From an uncultured Thermoproteaceae archaeon (GTDB taxonomy: Archaea; Thermoproteota; Thermoprotei; Thermoproteales; Thermocladiaceae): 64,000 bases of DNA. How positions within the stretch are numbered: position 1 is the stretch's first letter; each line of letters starts with the position of its first letter. The DNA is taken from contig CAZNTG010000006.1 in NCBI GenBank assembly GCA_964575955.1, positions 160,001-224,000 of the forward strand, in the 5' to 3' direction. Shown in pieces: positions 52,814 through 63,289 of the stretch. The translations under genes and the position numbers were made by a program. The notes under the pieces are model-generated. The model was given only the letters and a program-made list of their open reading frames with translations, did not search any database and had not been told where the DNA came from.

Positions 52814-54034
52814 CTAGTAGAGCTCTATAGCTATAGCTGTTGCACCACCAGTACCATGGCAAAGTGCTGCAATACCTCTCTTACCACCACATGCTTTTAA
52901 TGCTGCTATGAGTGTTGTAACTATTCTAGCACCTGTCGCGCCTAGTGGATGTCCAAGTGCTATTGCTCCACCTAGAATGTTCATCTTTGAGTATGGTATA
53001 TCTAGACACTTATTTACTAATGCTGGAACTACAGCAAAGGCTTCATTAACTTCAAATACGTCAACATCTTCAATTCTCCAACCAGCTCTATCTAAAACCT
53101 TCCTAATAGCTCCTATAGGTGCTTCAACAAATCTCCAAGTTTCTACAGCAGTCCATGAATATGCTACAATTTTAGCAATTGGCTTAAGTCCAAGTTCTCT
53201 AGCCTTATCTAGAGTAGTTATCAATAACATTGCAGCACCATCACTAATTTGTGAACTATTACCAGCTGTGTGTGGTCCTTCAGGTGTGAATACAGGTTTA
53301 AGTTTAGATAACTTTTCTATAGATGTGTCAGGTCTAATACCTTCATCATGGTCAAGATATACCTTCTCACCATTAATAGTCTCATCTACAGGTTCCATAT
53401 CTATGAATAGTTTCTGCTCAGTAGCTCTTGTAGCTCTCATATGACTTTCATATGCAATCTTATCTAGAAGTTCTCTAGGAATGTTATGTTCTCTAGCTAC
53501 CTTATCAGCTTCCTGACCCATCAACATCATAGTCATTGGATCTGTAAGACCATCATAGACCATCAAATCTATCAACTCTACCTTCCTAATAACACAATGT
53601 TTAACACCCCATCTAGCTTCATGAGGTATTGCTAGTGGACATGTACTCATAGATTCTACACCACCAGCAATTATGAAAGATGCATCACCAACCTTCAACT
53701 GCCTATAAGCTTCAAATATGGCTTGCATACCTGAAGAACATACTCTATTAACAACATATGCACCAACACTTGGAGAAAAACCTGCTATAAGTGCTGCCTG
53801 TCTGGCAATATTCTGTCCAAAACCACCTTGAAGAGCACATCCAAGAATTACCTCATCTATAAGCTTATGATCAATACCTGTCCTCTCTAGAAGTTTTCTT
53901 ATACATATAGCTGCTAGATATTGAGGTTTAACGTTCTTAAAAGCTCCACCAAACTTACCAATTGGAGTTCTAACAAATCCTACGATAACTACCTCAGACA
54001 CTCTTCGACAAGTGTATAAAGTATATATAAACAA
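52814..54034 (-). CDS. Acetyl-CoA acetyltransferase (thiolase); start likely GTG near 54001
   Basis: RTPIGKFGG, NRVCSSG, TAGNSSQISDGAA, NEAF, GHPLGATG, CHGTGG. Confidence 0.95.
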   Translation of the reverse strand: MFIYTLYTCRRVSEVVIVGFVRTPIGKFGGAFKNVKPQYLAAICIRKLLERTGIDHKLIDEVILGCALQGGFGQNIARQAALIAGFSPSVGAYVVNRVCSSGMQAIFEAYRQLKVGDASFIIAGGVESMSTCPLAIPHEARWGVKHCVIRKVELIDLMVYDGLTDPMTMMLMGQEADKVAREHNIPRELLDKIAYESHMRATRATEQKLFIDMEPVDETINGEKVYLDHDEGIRPDTSIEKLSKLKPVFTPEGPHTAGNSSQISDGAAMLLITTLDKARELGLKPIAKIVAYSWTAVETWRFVEAPIGAIRKVLDRAGWRIEDVDVFEVNEAFAVVPALVNKCLDIPYSKMNILGGAIALGHPLGATGARIVTTLIAALKACGGKRGIAALCHGTGGATAIAIELY

Positions 54035-54038
54035 TACC

Positions 54039-54677
54039 TCATGAAGCTTTCAATCTAACAATAGATATTGCAGAGAGCATACATGCAGAAAATATTAATA
54101 GAGATAAGAATAGTATACAAATGTGTAAATATGAACTATCTAGAATACCAATGACATAACATATAAGACAAGATATTGAATATGAGAGTAGTAGAGTTTG
54201 TAAATATCCTGCAAATCTCAATAATACAGATCTCAAAATTCTACTAACAGTGAAGTGAGATATTATGTGAGTTATAACAAATACTAGACATATCAATAAT
54301 GAAAACATTATCAACAACACTATCAAACTCTTACTAACCTTCTCATACAATATCGTGAGCGGGTTAGGAACATGTGAGAAATAGAGAATTACTTCTAAAA
54401 TGAGTAAAGCTGAAAATGTTATAAGACCTGTCTCACCACATATACATGCTTCACTAATCTTCAATCTTCTACCAATAGCCAACCAACCTACAGATATTAG
54501 AAGTATACTAAATGTTGATGTAAAAACTAGACATATCTCAACACTATGAATCACTTCTGAAGTTAGTATATTTGTGATGATAGTTGTAGTGTCTAGATAT
54601 CTCAAGAATAGTAATATTGGTAGAGATATGCATAGAATAGCGTAGCCTGCAGCTGCTATATATCTCTCATTCATCAT
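54039..54677 (-). CDS. Multi-pass membrane protein
   Basis: About six hydrophobic segments. Confidence 0.65.
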   Translation of the reverse strand: MMNERYIAAAGYAILCISLPILLFLRYLDTTTIITNILTSEVIHSVEICLVFTSTFSILLISVGWLAIGRRLKISEACICGETGLITFSALLILEVILYFSHVPNPLTILYEKVSKSLIVLLIMFSLLICLVFVITHIISHFTVSRILRSVLLRFAGYLQTLLLSYSISCLICYVIGILDSSYLHICILFLSLLIFSACMLSAISIVRLKAS

Positions 54678-54722
54678 ACTTTACTCACTACAGGACTAAT
54701 ACGTAGTCTGGATTTTTATCAA

Positions 54723-55772
54723 CTATTCGCCTAACTCATATCTCAGCAAAGCTGCTATTCCTCCTATACCTCTAAGTTTCTCACCAGCATTAGTGTATGT
54801 TGGTATTAGTGTTAATGTTCCACCACTCTTAATTAGTATATTTATCAAATTCTTTATCTCAATTCCAGACTCTTTAAAATATTCATCAGTTATTAATAAT
54901 TTATCAACAGCACCTTTCTCAAGAGCTTTTGAAACTTCTTCAATACCAATAGCAACATCTGTTCTACCTTTAACAAGTCTTTCAAAAATTTCATCAACAA
55001 GCTTAAGCTCATGTAATCTCAATATGTCTGATAGTGCTTCAGGATGTTCATTCTGTATCTCATATATACCTGCAAGTCCTCCTTCACTAACATTGACAAC
55101 TCTTATAGGCTTGTTCATAGATTTTAAACCTTCTCTAATATCTTCCTGAATGTAGTCTAGTACTCTTGTAGGTGCTGCAATAATTATGTAGTCAATATCT
55201 TCAGGTTTTACTATTGATTTAACTATCTTCACAATATCTTCAACATACTTCTCGAATTGTCTTCTTCTATCAGAACTTACCTGCTTACCAGATATGTACT
55301 TGTTGTATATTGTTGTTAAAATATCAATTCCAAACATCTTAACAATAGCTATTGTTGTCTCATCTTCATTTATAGATATTAATAATGCTCTTGCATGACC
55401 TTTACTAAACATGTCTAGTATCTTCTTAACATATTCAACATCTATGCTCTGTTTTACAAGTCTATACCTTATACCTCTAATAAGCTCCATTGTATGATGA
55501 CTACCAATTATACCGTCAAACCATTCAGGTGCTTCAAGAATTATACCTCTAACTCTTAAGTTACCTCTAAATGCGTGATATTCTAATGCTTCAACTTTTA
55601 GGCATATGTATATTTTCCTTCTCTCACCCTTCTCATGTTTTCTAGTTTTAAATTCTCTAACAGTCCAACCATATAGTAGATCATCCTTATCAATTATTAG
55701 GTATAGTATGTATAGATCTTCTTCTCTCTCTATCTCAAATTCTATAATATTCTTATTTATTGAATACTTCAT
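54723..55772 (-). CDS. pelA: Pelota/Dom34 ribosome rescue factor
   Basis: EDLYIL, LRVRG, GSHHT, GEKLRGIGGIAALLRY. Confidence 0.9.
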   Translation of the reverse strand: MKYSINKNIIEFEIEREEDLYILYLIIDKDDLLYGWTVREFKTRKHEKGERRKIYICLKVEALEYHAFRGNLRVRGIILEAPEWFDGIIGSHHTMELIRGIRYRLVKQSIDVEYVKKILDMFSKGHARALLISINEDETTIAIVKMFGIDILTTIYNKYISGKQVSSDRRRQFEKYVEDIVKIVKSIVKPEDIDYIIIAAPTRVLDYIQEDIREGLKSMNKPIRVVNVSEGGLAGIYEIQNEHPEALSDILRLHELKLVDEIFERLVKGRTDVAIGIEEVSKALEKGAVDKLLITDEYFKESGIEIKNLINILIKSGGTLTLIPTYTNAGEKLRGIGGIAALLRYELGE

Positions 55773-56428
55773 CTCTTCTCCTCGCTTCTACCTACCTCTT
55801 CTCTCTTCTTTACAAGTCTTTCTATATATTCTCCAAATAGAAACCATATTGCAAATGCTCCTATAGCAATGCCTATACCTATAGATATGCCATTCACTAT
55901 AGCTGCCTTTACAGTATTTGATAATGCTGTTAAATCTACTAAAAATGCAAATATTAGTAAGAATACTATAAGTACTATAAAGCTTCTAATCTTCTCTTCT
56001 ATCTTTATTAAACTTATAATTGCGTTTAAACCAATTACAGACACTAGACTTAGAAGTATGACACTTACAAGTCTTGAAAAGTATTCTAGACCCTGTCTAT
56101 ATACAGGAATTAGGTCAGGAGCTACTATGTTTAGAATTCCTGCAATAGCTACAAGTATTATACCTATATCTGCAATTATTATGAATAGCTTAGTTATTGG
56201 TATTGATGATCCTAGATGCTTTTTCACATAATCTTCAAATCTAGTCTTCTCCATTACAAACATTATAAGTTTATTTATATACTTTATAACTATTAAAGAT
56301 ATTACTATTATCAATATTGATATCAATATTTTAGGAATTGCACGTGCAATACCTAGAAATACTTCACGTAGTACATTTTCAAAAGTTTGAACAGTTGTTA
56401 TAGTGATGTTAGTCATAGTCTGTGACAC
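55769..56428 (-). CDS. Membrane protein with MscS-like TM_helix segment
   Basis: AIPKILISILI N-terminal motif, multiple TMs, GIAIGAFAIW. Confidence 0.65.
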   Translation of the reverse strand: MSQTMTNITITTVQTFENVLREVFLGIARAIPKILISILIIVISLIVIKYINKLIMFVMEKTRFEDYVKKHLGSSIPITKLFIIIADIGIILVAIAGILNIVAPDLIPVYRQGLEYFSRLVSVILLSLVSVIGLNAIISLIKIEEKIRSFIVLIVFLLIFAFLVDLTALSNTVKAAIVNGISIGIGIAIGAFAIWFLFGEYIERLVKKREEVGRSEEKR

Positions 56429-56530
56429 TAACGCATCAACACTCTACATTGGGAATATATAAGCATGTTGTTTATCTAGACTAGTTAGGAAAATTTATAA
56501 TTACCTAAATATCCATAGATTGAGCATATC

Positions 56531-57601
56531 ATGGTTTCACTACTTAAAAGACATTACGTAAGGACAAAGCCATATCCTGAGAAGAAAGTTAGAACTATTG
56601 AAGAGACTAGTGAGTTATTGAGAAAGTATAAGTATGTTTTTGTAATTGACATTCATGGAGTTTCTAATAGAGTATTGAAAGAGTATAGATTGAAATTGAG
56701 AAGAATAGACTCAGTAATGAAGCATGTTAAAAATACATTATTTAGAATTGCTCTAGAGAAAACATTTGGAAAAGTTTCTGAAGATATTCAGAAAGTATTG
56801 ACAGGAGAGAACATATTCATATTCACAAACATGAATCCTATAGAATTAATAAAGTGGATTGAGGAGAATGCTGTTAGAAGAGAAGCTAAACCTGGAGATA
56901 AAGCACCATTTGAAATAATAATACCAGCAGGTGATACAGGACTATCACCAGGACCAATATTGAGCAAGTTTGGTAAATTGAGAGTACCTACAAGAGTACA
57001 GGGAGGTAAGATATGGGTTGTTAAGGATACTGTAGTTGCAAAACCTGGAGATACTATAAGTCCTGAACTTGCAGAAATTCTACAGAAATTGAAGATTAGA
57101 CCAATATTCGAGTCGTTGAGAGTTAAGTCTATAATTGTTGAAGGTAAGAGAGCTATAACTACTGAAGAACTATTACGTACATTTGAAGAATTTAAGAATA
57201 TGATACCTGACGCTGCTAAATATGCTGTAAACCTCGCAATTAATGCTGAGATAATGATTCCTGAGACAGTTCCTGTATTAATACAGAAGGCATGTATATA
57301 TGCTAGAAATCTTGCAATTAATGCAAACATAATAACACCAGAGACAGCCTCAGCAATAATTACAAAAGCAATAGCACAGGCATACGCTATCGCTAGTATA
57401 GTATCTCAAAAAGCACCTGAACTAGGAATTCAAGTATCAGTACAAATACCAACACCAACGGCAGAAGCAAAGCCTGCAGAAGAAAAGAAAGAGGAGGAGA
57501 AGAAAGAGGAGGAGAAGAAAGAGGAGAAAGTAGAGGAAGAGAAGAAGGAAGGACCAAGTGAGGAGGATATTGCATCAGGACTTGCAAGCCTATTCGGATA
57601 A
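56531..57601 (+). CDS. rplP0: 50S ribosomal protein L10/P0
   Basis: KNTLF, PAGDTGLSPGP, acidic tail ending GLASLFG. Confidence 0.95.
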   Translation: MVSLLKRHYVRTKPYPEKKVRTIEETSELLRKYKYVFVIDIHGVSNRVLKEYRLKLRRIDSVMKHVKNTLFRIALEKTFGKVSEDIQKVLTGENIFIFTNMNPIELIKWIEENAVRREAKPGDKAPFEIIIPAGDTGLSPGPILSKFGKLRVPTRVQGGKIWVVKDTVVAKPGDTISPELAEILQKLKIRPIFESLRVKSIIVEGKRAITTEELLRTFEEFKNMIPDAAKYAVNLAINAEIMIPETVPVLIQKACIYARNLAINANIITPETASAIITKAIAQAYAIASIVSQKAPELGIQVSVQIPTPTAEAKPAEEKKEEEKKEEEKKEEKVEEEKKEGPSEEDIASGLASLFG

Positions 57602-57619
57602 TAGCACTATTATTAAAAT

Positions 57620-58456
57620 CTACTTCTTAGCTTCTGAAGATTCTTGTGTTGAAATTGTTTGAGTATATTCACGTACTTGAACCATCTTAGATAGAACATC
57701 ATTCCAAAGTTCTTTCGGAGTCTTTACATATAGTCTAACTCTTCTAATACCAACATTTCTACTATAATCATCATCTAGTTCAAGTTCGACAAACCTTCTC
57801 TTCTCATTGATGACTACTTTCTTAGCTTTTATTGGTGCCTTTAGTAGGTATATATCATCTAGTATGATAGCATCACGGTAGATTACTAGACTTCTCATAG
57901 GCGCATATGGTATATCTATAACCATGTGTGATGAAGGTGTTAATCTTAGATATTTCATAAGCACTACATATATTATTATCAATATTGAGAAGTATGTAAA
58001 TGTCTCACAGAAAGCTCTCCAAAACTTATCATGAATAATTGATAACATAGATGATATAAACTTCCCAAGTACAGTCATGTATAGTAATACTAGAAGCATT
58101 AGTATTCCAAACACAACTAGTATATTCTTAAACTGTCTCTTCTGTATTTTAGTAATTTCAGAAATATATTCACTATCTTTTTCAATAAGTTTCATAAGAT
58201 CCTGTGCTGCAAGTCTTTCAATAGCTCCATGTTTAACATTCTTAATATATTCTCTAACCTCTTTCATCTTTCTTCTAAATGTAATACCAGCCTGACCTAT
58301 GAAAACTGCAAATAGTGCAATTATATATGCAATAACTATGTAATTAAATACAGGATTGTTATATGCAACTGCTAGAGCAGATAGAAATGATATTATAACG
58401 ATAGACACTATAGGTACAACATATGTTATCAATATTGTAGATAAGCGGTTGAACAT
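57620..58456 (-). CDS. DUF2208-like membrane protein
   Basis: Four TMs with a central helical loop and a C-terminal PH-like domain (NEKRRFVE). Confidence 0.6.
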   Translation of the reverse strand: MFNRLSTILITYVVPIVSIVIISFLSALAVAYNNPVFNYIVIAYIIALFAVFIGQAGITFRRKMKEVREYIKNVKHGAIERLAAQDLMKLIEKDSEYISEITKIQKRQFKNILVVFGILMLLVLLYMTVLGKFISSMLSIIHDKFWRAFCETFTYFSILIIIYVVLMKYLRLTPSSHMVIDIPYAPMRSLVIYRDAIILDDIYLLKAPIKAKKVVINEKRRFVELELDDDYSRNVGIRRVRLYVKTPKELWNDVLSKMVQVREYTQTISTQESSEAKK

Positions 58457-58485
58457 TTTTACCCTTAGCTCAGGTTAGTCTTAAC

Positions 58486-59187
58486 ATGACTATAAATCTT
58501 ACTGTCATAATTGAAGAGGAAAGTCTGAGAAATGATCTAGAGAAAAGTTCATCATCATCACTTCTAGTATATTATAAAGATCTTAAACTACTAATAAATC
58601 CAGGAAGCGAACCACGTAAGTATATTAATAATTTTTCTAAAATAGCTAAAGATTTAGATAGTATAGACTTCATAATAATAACCTGTACTATCCCAAGATA
58701 TTGGTCAAGTATTAAAGCTTTAATTAAAAAACTATCTAAGATACCTAAAATATTAATACCATACGATAATGTTAGAATGTATAAACTAATATCATATCTA
58801 CAACATGTAGTACCTATGTATAATGTTAACATTATTAAAGAGGTAGTACAAATCGAAGATCTCAAGATTATAAATATTAAATCATGTACTTATGGTGAAC
58901 TTGTACTCAAATTTAATCAATCTCTAATATCAACACCTGCATTATGGTTTATAAATTATATTGATAATGTCTTAAATTTTCTAAAAGATGTTAATATATA
59001 TGTTGGTGGTATTCCTCTACCGATAGTACCTGTACATAGATACTACTACTCTATCTTAAGAAGTATTTGTAGGAAAGTTAGAAAGATATTTTTAGGTCAT
59101 ATACATACACAGTCTGTTAGAAAATTCTTAACTCAACAACCTGTTGAAGTTAGAATTCTAAGATCAGGTCTAAGTATCACGATATAA
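58486..59187 (+). CDS. Degenerate metallo-beta-lactamase-fold protein
   Basis: SLLV..LLINPGS, IDFIIIT, YVGG, LGH layout but no HxHxDH. Confidence 0.5.
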   Translation: MTINLTVIIEEESLRNDLEKSSSSSLLVYYKDLKLLINPGSEPRKYINNFSKIAKDLDSIDFIIITCTIPRYWSSIKALIKKLSKIPKILIPYDNVRMYKLISYLQHVVPMYNVNIIKEVVQIEDLKIINIKSCTYGELVLKFNQSLISTPALWFINYIDNVLNFLKDVNIYVGGIPLPIVPVHRYYYSILRSICRKVRKIFLGHIHTQSVRKFLTQQPVEVRILRSGLSITI

Positions 59188-59249
59188 TTGTCTTCTTAGT
59201 AGGATAATCAAATAATTAACTTAAACATCCTTACATATTCATCAGTACT

Positions 59250-60530
59250 GTGAACTATTTAGACATATTATTGCTAATTATTGCTTGGTATATATTCATC
59301 TCAATAGTCTACATTATTACTAAACTTAGAAAGATGACTGATAGAGTAAAGCTATACTATGGTCTTGCAATAATTATTAAAGGTAGAGAAAATGTTGAAA
59401 AGATCTTACATATACTGTCAAAACCGTTACATAAAATTAAGCCTAGAATTTTAGCAATATGTCTAGTAACTATATTTATTGTAACTATGCTATTTCTAAT
59501 TCCTGTACCTCTACTAATATTTCCACTAGTATCTAACAGTAAGTTAGTTATATTTAAATACTTCCTATACTCACCTGTTGTTATAATTATTAGGAATGTT
59601 GTATTAATATTAGAATCATCTATACATCACATATCTCCAATGCAGATGTTAAATCTCGGATTTATGTCTCTACAACCTATAATACCTGGAGTTACAGTTT
59701 CTTTATACACATTTCTGCTAATCATAATTACTGCAGGTATAAGTATACTAGTACATGAGATAGCTCATGGAGTTGTAGCCTTGAGATATGGTGTTCCTGT
59801 TGTATCTGGAGGATTTTTTACAAGCATGTTCATACTTATGGGAGGATTTGTAGAACCTGATGAAGAGAAGTTAAATAAGCTTGAACTTAGTAAGAGACTT
59901 GCAATATACTCTGCAGGTGTTGTAGCTAATATACTACTCGCAATACTTACAGTAATCATATACTTACTATCAAAATATTTAACAAACATGTTTGGATATC
60001 CGTTAGGTGTTATTGTTACTAACTCTAAAATATCTCAAATACCTAACAATTCCATAATACTATCTGTAAATGGTTATGCGATATACAACATATATGACCT
60101 ACTGAATGTATTATCTAAACCTGAAGTTTTTAATATATGTAAACTTCACCACATTATAATGTTGAAAGTATTAATACCTGGGAAAGGTTTAGAATATGTA
60201 AATTTAAATGTTAATAATTGCTCTACTCAATATCTAATTCAGTATATTGGTCTAAATACTATATCTTTGAGATATTTTACAGTATCAAACACACTATTCT
60301 ACAGATTTCTATTCTGGCTATTTAACCTAAATATAACACTTGCACTTCTAAACACCTTACCTGCATATCCTGTTGATGGTGGTCAAGTACTTAATGCATT
60401 TTTAAGTGAGATTATAAGTGATGAGAAGTTGAGACAGATTCTACTCTACACGATATCTATAGCATTTTGGGGTGGACTAGTCATGACTATAGTATACACA
60501 TTTAAAGCTGGTCTATATGTTATAGGATAA
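59250..60530 (+). CDS. Site-2 protease (M50 family)
   Basis: HEIAH, GGFVEPD, AGVVAN, NTLPAYPVDGG. Confidence 0.92.
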   Translation: MNYLDILLLIIAWYIFISIVYIITKLRKMTDRVKLYYGLAIIIKGRENVEKILHILSKPLHKIKPRILAICLVTIFIVTMLFLIPVPLLIFPLVSNSKLVIFKYFLYSPVVIIIRNVVLILESSIHHISPMQMLNLGFMSLQPIIPGVTVSLYTFLLIIITAGISILVHEIAHGVVALRYGVPVVSGGFFTSMFILMGGFVEPDEEKLNKLELSKRLAIYSAGVVANILLAILTVIIYLLSKYLTNMFGYPLGVIVTNSKISQIPNNSIILSVNGYAIYNIYDLLNVLSKPEVFNICKLHHIIMLKVLIPGKGLEYVNLNVNNCSTQYLIQYIGLNTISLRYFTVSNTLFYRFLFWLFNLNITLALLNTLPAYPVDGGQVLNAFLSEIISDEKLRQILLYTISIAFWGGLVMTIVYTFKAGLYVIG

Positions 60531-60574
60531 TTTTTAGGTAATGTGTATATTTTGATCTCTCAACTTGAAGATTA

Positions 60575-61057
60575 ATGCAAACATATAGGATGGGTCTAAT
60601 TTATGGAATTATATCTTGTATAGTACTTTCAATCCTATCTCTAATACCTGTAGAAAATTTGATAACTATGAGACCACCAAGCTACATATCATATACTCCA
60701 CCATCATACCTATACCTATGGAGACTATCTACATTAACGTTAATAACAATAATATTGACATTAATACTACTATATGTACATGGAAGTAGAAAATTCTATA
60801 TTGGTATACTTGACGTACAGATACCATTCTACATTGTTGTACATTATGTATATCTCTACATTATGACAACATCATTTTACGGTAGAGAAGGTATTCTTAC
60901 AATACTTCCATTCATATACATCTATGGAAAACTTATACATGTAGATTTTGGTCAAATAGCATTGATATATCTAGTATATAGAGTAGTTAAGCATGTAATT
61001 ATTAGGAGAAGATCTAGTGAGAAGATTTTGAAATCTTCCACAATTCATAACCAATAA
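60575..61057 (+). CDS. Membrane protein
   Basis: Several TM segments. Confidence 0.6.
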   Translation: MQTYRMGLIYGIISCIVLSILSLIPVENLITMRPPSYISYTPPSYLYLWRLSTLTLITIILTLILLYVHGSRKFYIGILDVQIPFYIVVHYVYLYIMTTSFYGREGILTILPFIYIYGKLIHVDFGQIALIYLVYRVVKHVIIRRRSSEKILKSSTIHNQ

Positions 61058-61352
61058 TCATACATATCTTATCAATAATATCGTAAAAGCTTAAACCTTT
61101 ATCTAACACTCTCCTATAAATTTTAATTTCAACACTATCTCTACACACTACCGATATCTCATTTCTAATATCAGGATATATCGTATATACATACTCTAAA
61201 ACTCTACAAATCAAGTCATATAGTTTAGACACATCATAAATATTGGAAGAAAGTTCACATTTAACATGATTATCATATTCATCTGAAAATTTTGAATAAT
61301 CAAAATCACACACAGCTACAACTCCATAATACCTTAGAGATACAATACTCAT
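61014..61352 (-). CDS. Hypothetical protein
   Basis: ORF from MSIVSLRYYG; the longer ORF-track version runs through the tRNA. Confidence 0.55.
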   Translation of the reverse strand: MSIVSLRYYGVVAVCDFDYSKFSDEYDNHVKCELSSNIYDVSKLYDLICRVLEYVYTIYPDIRNEISVVCRDSVEIKIYRRVLDKGLSFYDIIDKICMIIGYELWKISKSSH

Positions 61353-61395
61353 ATGGTAGATCAGGTAGGGTAGGTAAATTAAAGGAGTACTATGA

Positions 61396-61494
61396 TGGTG
61401 GGCCCGCCGGGATTCGAACCCGGGATCACCCGCTCTCTCATGTGCGGATACCCGCCATCGTAAGGCGGGCATCCTGCCGCTAGACTACGGGCCC
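61396..61494 (-). tRNA. tRNA-Val(TAC) with a 24-nt intron at 37/38 (61435-61458) and encoded CCA
   Basis: GGGCCCG acceptor stem, CCCGC/GCGGG anticodon stem, GGTTCGAATCC T-arm, ACCA end; the intron forms a bulge-helix-bulge (CUUA:UGAG helix). Confidence 0.95.
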
Positions 61495-61555
61495 TATCTA
61501 CGTAGTAGTTTGGTCTCTATAACCTTTTAAAAATATTGCTATTCAGTACAGATAT

Positions 61556-62506
61556 CTACTTTATACTCCAGTCAACTTTTCTTATCTTTAATCCATATTT
61601 CTTAGATAGGTATTCGCATGCTGATAATGCTGCTATAGCTCCCTGTCCTGCTGCAATTATTGCTTGTTTATATGGTATTGATGTTACATCACCTGCTGCA
61701 AATATTCCATCAACACTAGTTCTACATAATTCATCAACTACAATCTCACCCTTCTCATTAACTTTAACTAGATGAGATATATATCCTGTATCTACTCTAT
61801 ACCCAATCTCTATGAATACTCCATCAACATCTAGATACTTTAATTCTCCATTAATTTTAATTAAAACTCTCCTAACCTTAACATCTCCGTCAATTTTAAC
61901 AACATTACAATTATCTAAAATTTGCAACTTCCCACTCTCTAAATATTCTCTATATCTATCTTCAACATCTCGAATCTTTACTCTAGGAATCCAATATACT
62001 TTAGAACATGTTTTTAATAATGTATCTAGACTAAATTCAACATGTGGATCACTTCCAGATACATATAGGACTGTCTTACCTTTAAATAAAGCTGCATCAC
62101 AAATAACACAATAACTAACTCCACGACCTAGAAAGCGATCTTCACCATCAACATTAAGTTTTATTGGAGATTTTCCTGTTGTACATATAACAGAGCGTGA
62201 ATAATACTCTCTCCCTGATCTTGTAATTATCTTAAATATATCTTCAACCTTTTCAACTTTAACAACCTCGTCTATGATAAATTTAAAACCATACTTATAC
62301 AATTCGCCTAAGATCTTATTAATAATATCTGAACCTTTAACAACACCAACACCAGGATAATTCTCTATATGTGGAATTTTCATAAGTTGACCACCAATTT
62401 CACGACCTATAGCTAAGACATTTACTTTCTGTCTAAGAAGATATAGAGATGCTGTTAATCCAGCAATTCCTAAACCTATAACACATGTATCATATATCTG
62501 TGACAT
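61556..62506 (-). CDS. trxB: Thioredoxin reductase-like FAD-dependent oxidoreductase
   Basis: GLGIAG, GGQL, ENYPG, GVSYCVICD, GIFAAGDVT, AAGQG. Confidence 0.88.
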   Translation of the reverse strand: MSQIYDTCVIGLGIAGLTASLYLLRQKVNVLAIGREIGGQLMKIPHIENYPGVGVVKGSDIINKILGELYKYGFKFIIDEVVKVEKVEDIFKIITRSGREYYSRSVICTTGKSPIKLNVDGEDRFLGRGVSYCVICDAALFKGKTVLYVSGSDPHVEFSLDTLLKTCSKVYWIPRVKIRDVEDRYREYLESGKLQILDNCNVVKIDGDVKVRRVLIKINGELKYLDVDGVFIEIGYRVDTGYISHLVKVNEKGEIVVDELCRTSVDGIFAAGDVTSIPYKQAIIAAGQGAIAALSACEYLSKKYGLKIRKVDWSIK

Positions 62507-62557
62507 TAGACATGTATAGGTTAAAGACTAGACATATCAACATTTCTCAATAAGGAC

Positions 62558-63289
62558 ATGTATAAGACTGTGGCAATATTGAGAACAGAGTATAAACATA
62601 GTAAAATAGATGAAAAATTCTTAAAGAAATTTAAAATTATTGAATATAAGGTATTGAAACCAATATTCAAAAATATAGAAGATAAGTATCATGTATGTGA
62701 TGTTGCAGTTTTAATGAGTTCACTCTCAGTTAAAGCTATAAAGATTAATAATCTAGTAATAAATTCAAAATTCATAATACCTGTTGGAGAAGATACATAT
62801 AGAGAACTTATAAATAACTTAGAAAATTTTACAGGTAAGATAATATTACCATCACACTACTCCTCATATGGTATTGTAGGTAAAATACGTGAAATACAGA
62901 AAAACCATAATATAAATATTGTAAATATCTACAGATCTGATCATGGTAGTAAGGTTATAAGAGAATTATTGAGAGATTTAAAAATTTGTGAATATTCTCT
63001 ATATAGTTTAAATCCAAATGACTATGTAATAGATATATTTCTGAAAAATCTAGAATATGTAGATATTATAATACCAATGTCATCACTAACCATTAAATGT
63101 GTACTAGATAGAGCTAAAAGATGGAAACTTGATAAATCTTTAAAAGAGAAGATTGTTATATGTCCTGGTCCTGAAGTGTATGGTACATGTATTTCACATA
63201 ATTTTGAAAAGGTCTACCTTGCTAATAATGCTAAGCTAGACAATATTTTTCAAACTCTAGAATATGTTCTAGAATATGAAGTTAATTGA
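62558..63289 (+). CDS. hemD: Uroporphyrinogen-III synthase
   Basis: MSSLSV, VGEDT, P..YSSYG, RSDHG, MSS, PGP; upstream of siroheme decarboxylase. Confidence 0.75.
   Translation: MYKTVAILRTEYKHSKIDEKFLKKFKIIEYKVLKPIFKNIEDKYHVCDVAVLMSSLSVKAIKINNLVINSKFIIPVGEDTYRELINNLENFTGKIILPSHYSSYGIVGKIREIQKNHNINIVNIYRSDHGSKVIRELLRDLKICEYSLYSLNPNDYVIDIFLKNLEYVDIIIPMSSLTIKCVLDRAKRWKLDKSLKEKIVICPGPEVYGTCISHNFEKVYLANNAKLDNIFQTLEYVLEYEVN

Noticed and set aside
57475-57550. GAGGAGAAGAAA-type tandem repeats
   Set aside because: They encode the normal EEKK acidic hinge of ribosomal L10/P0
61435-61458. tRNA intron as a novelty
   Set aside because: Canonical 37/38 position with a standard BHB motif, common in crenarchaeotes
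61353-61483. ORF extensions across the tRNA
   Set aside because: They read through tRNA-Val sequence
1517-62114. Many 60-180 aa Ser/Ile/Leu-rich ORFs antisense to core genes
   Set aside because: Expected shadow frames of well-supported genes on the opposite strand
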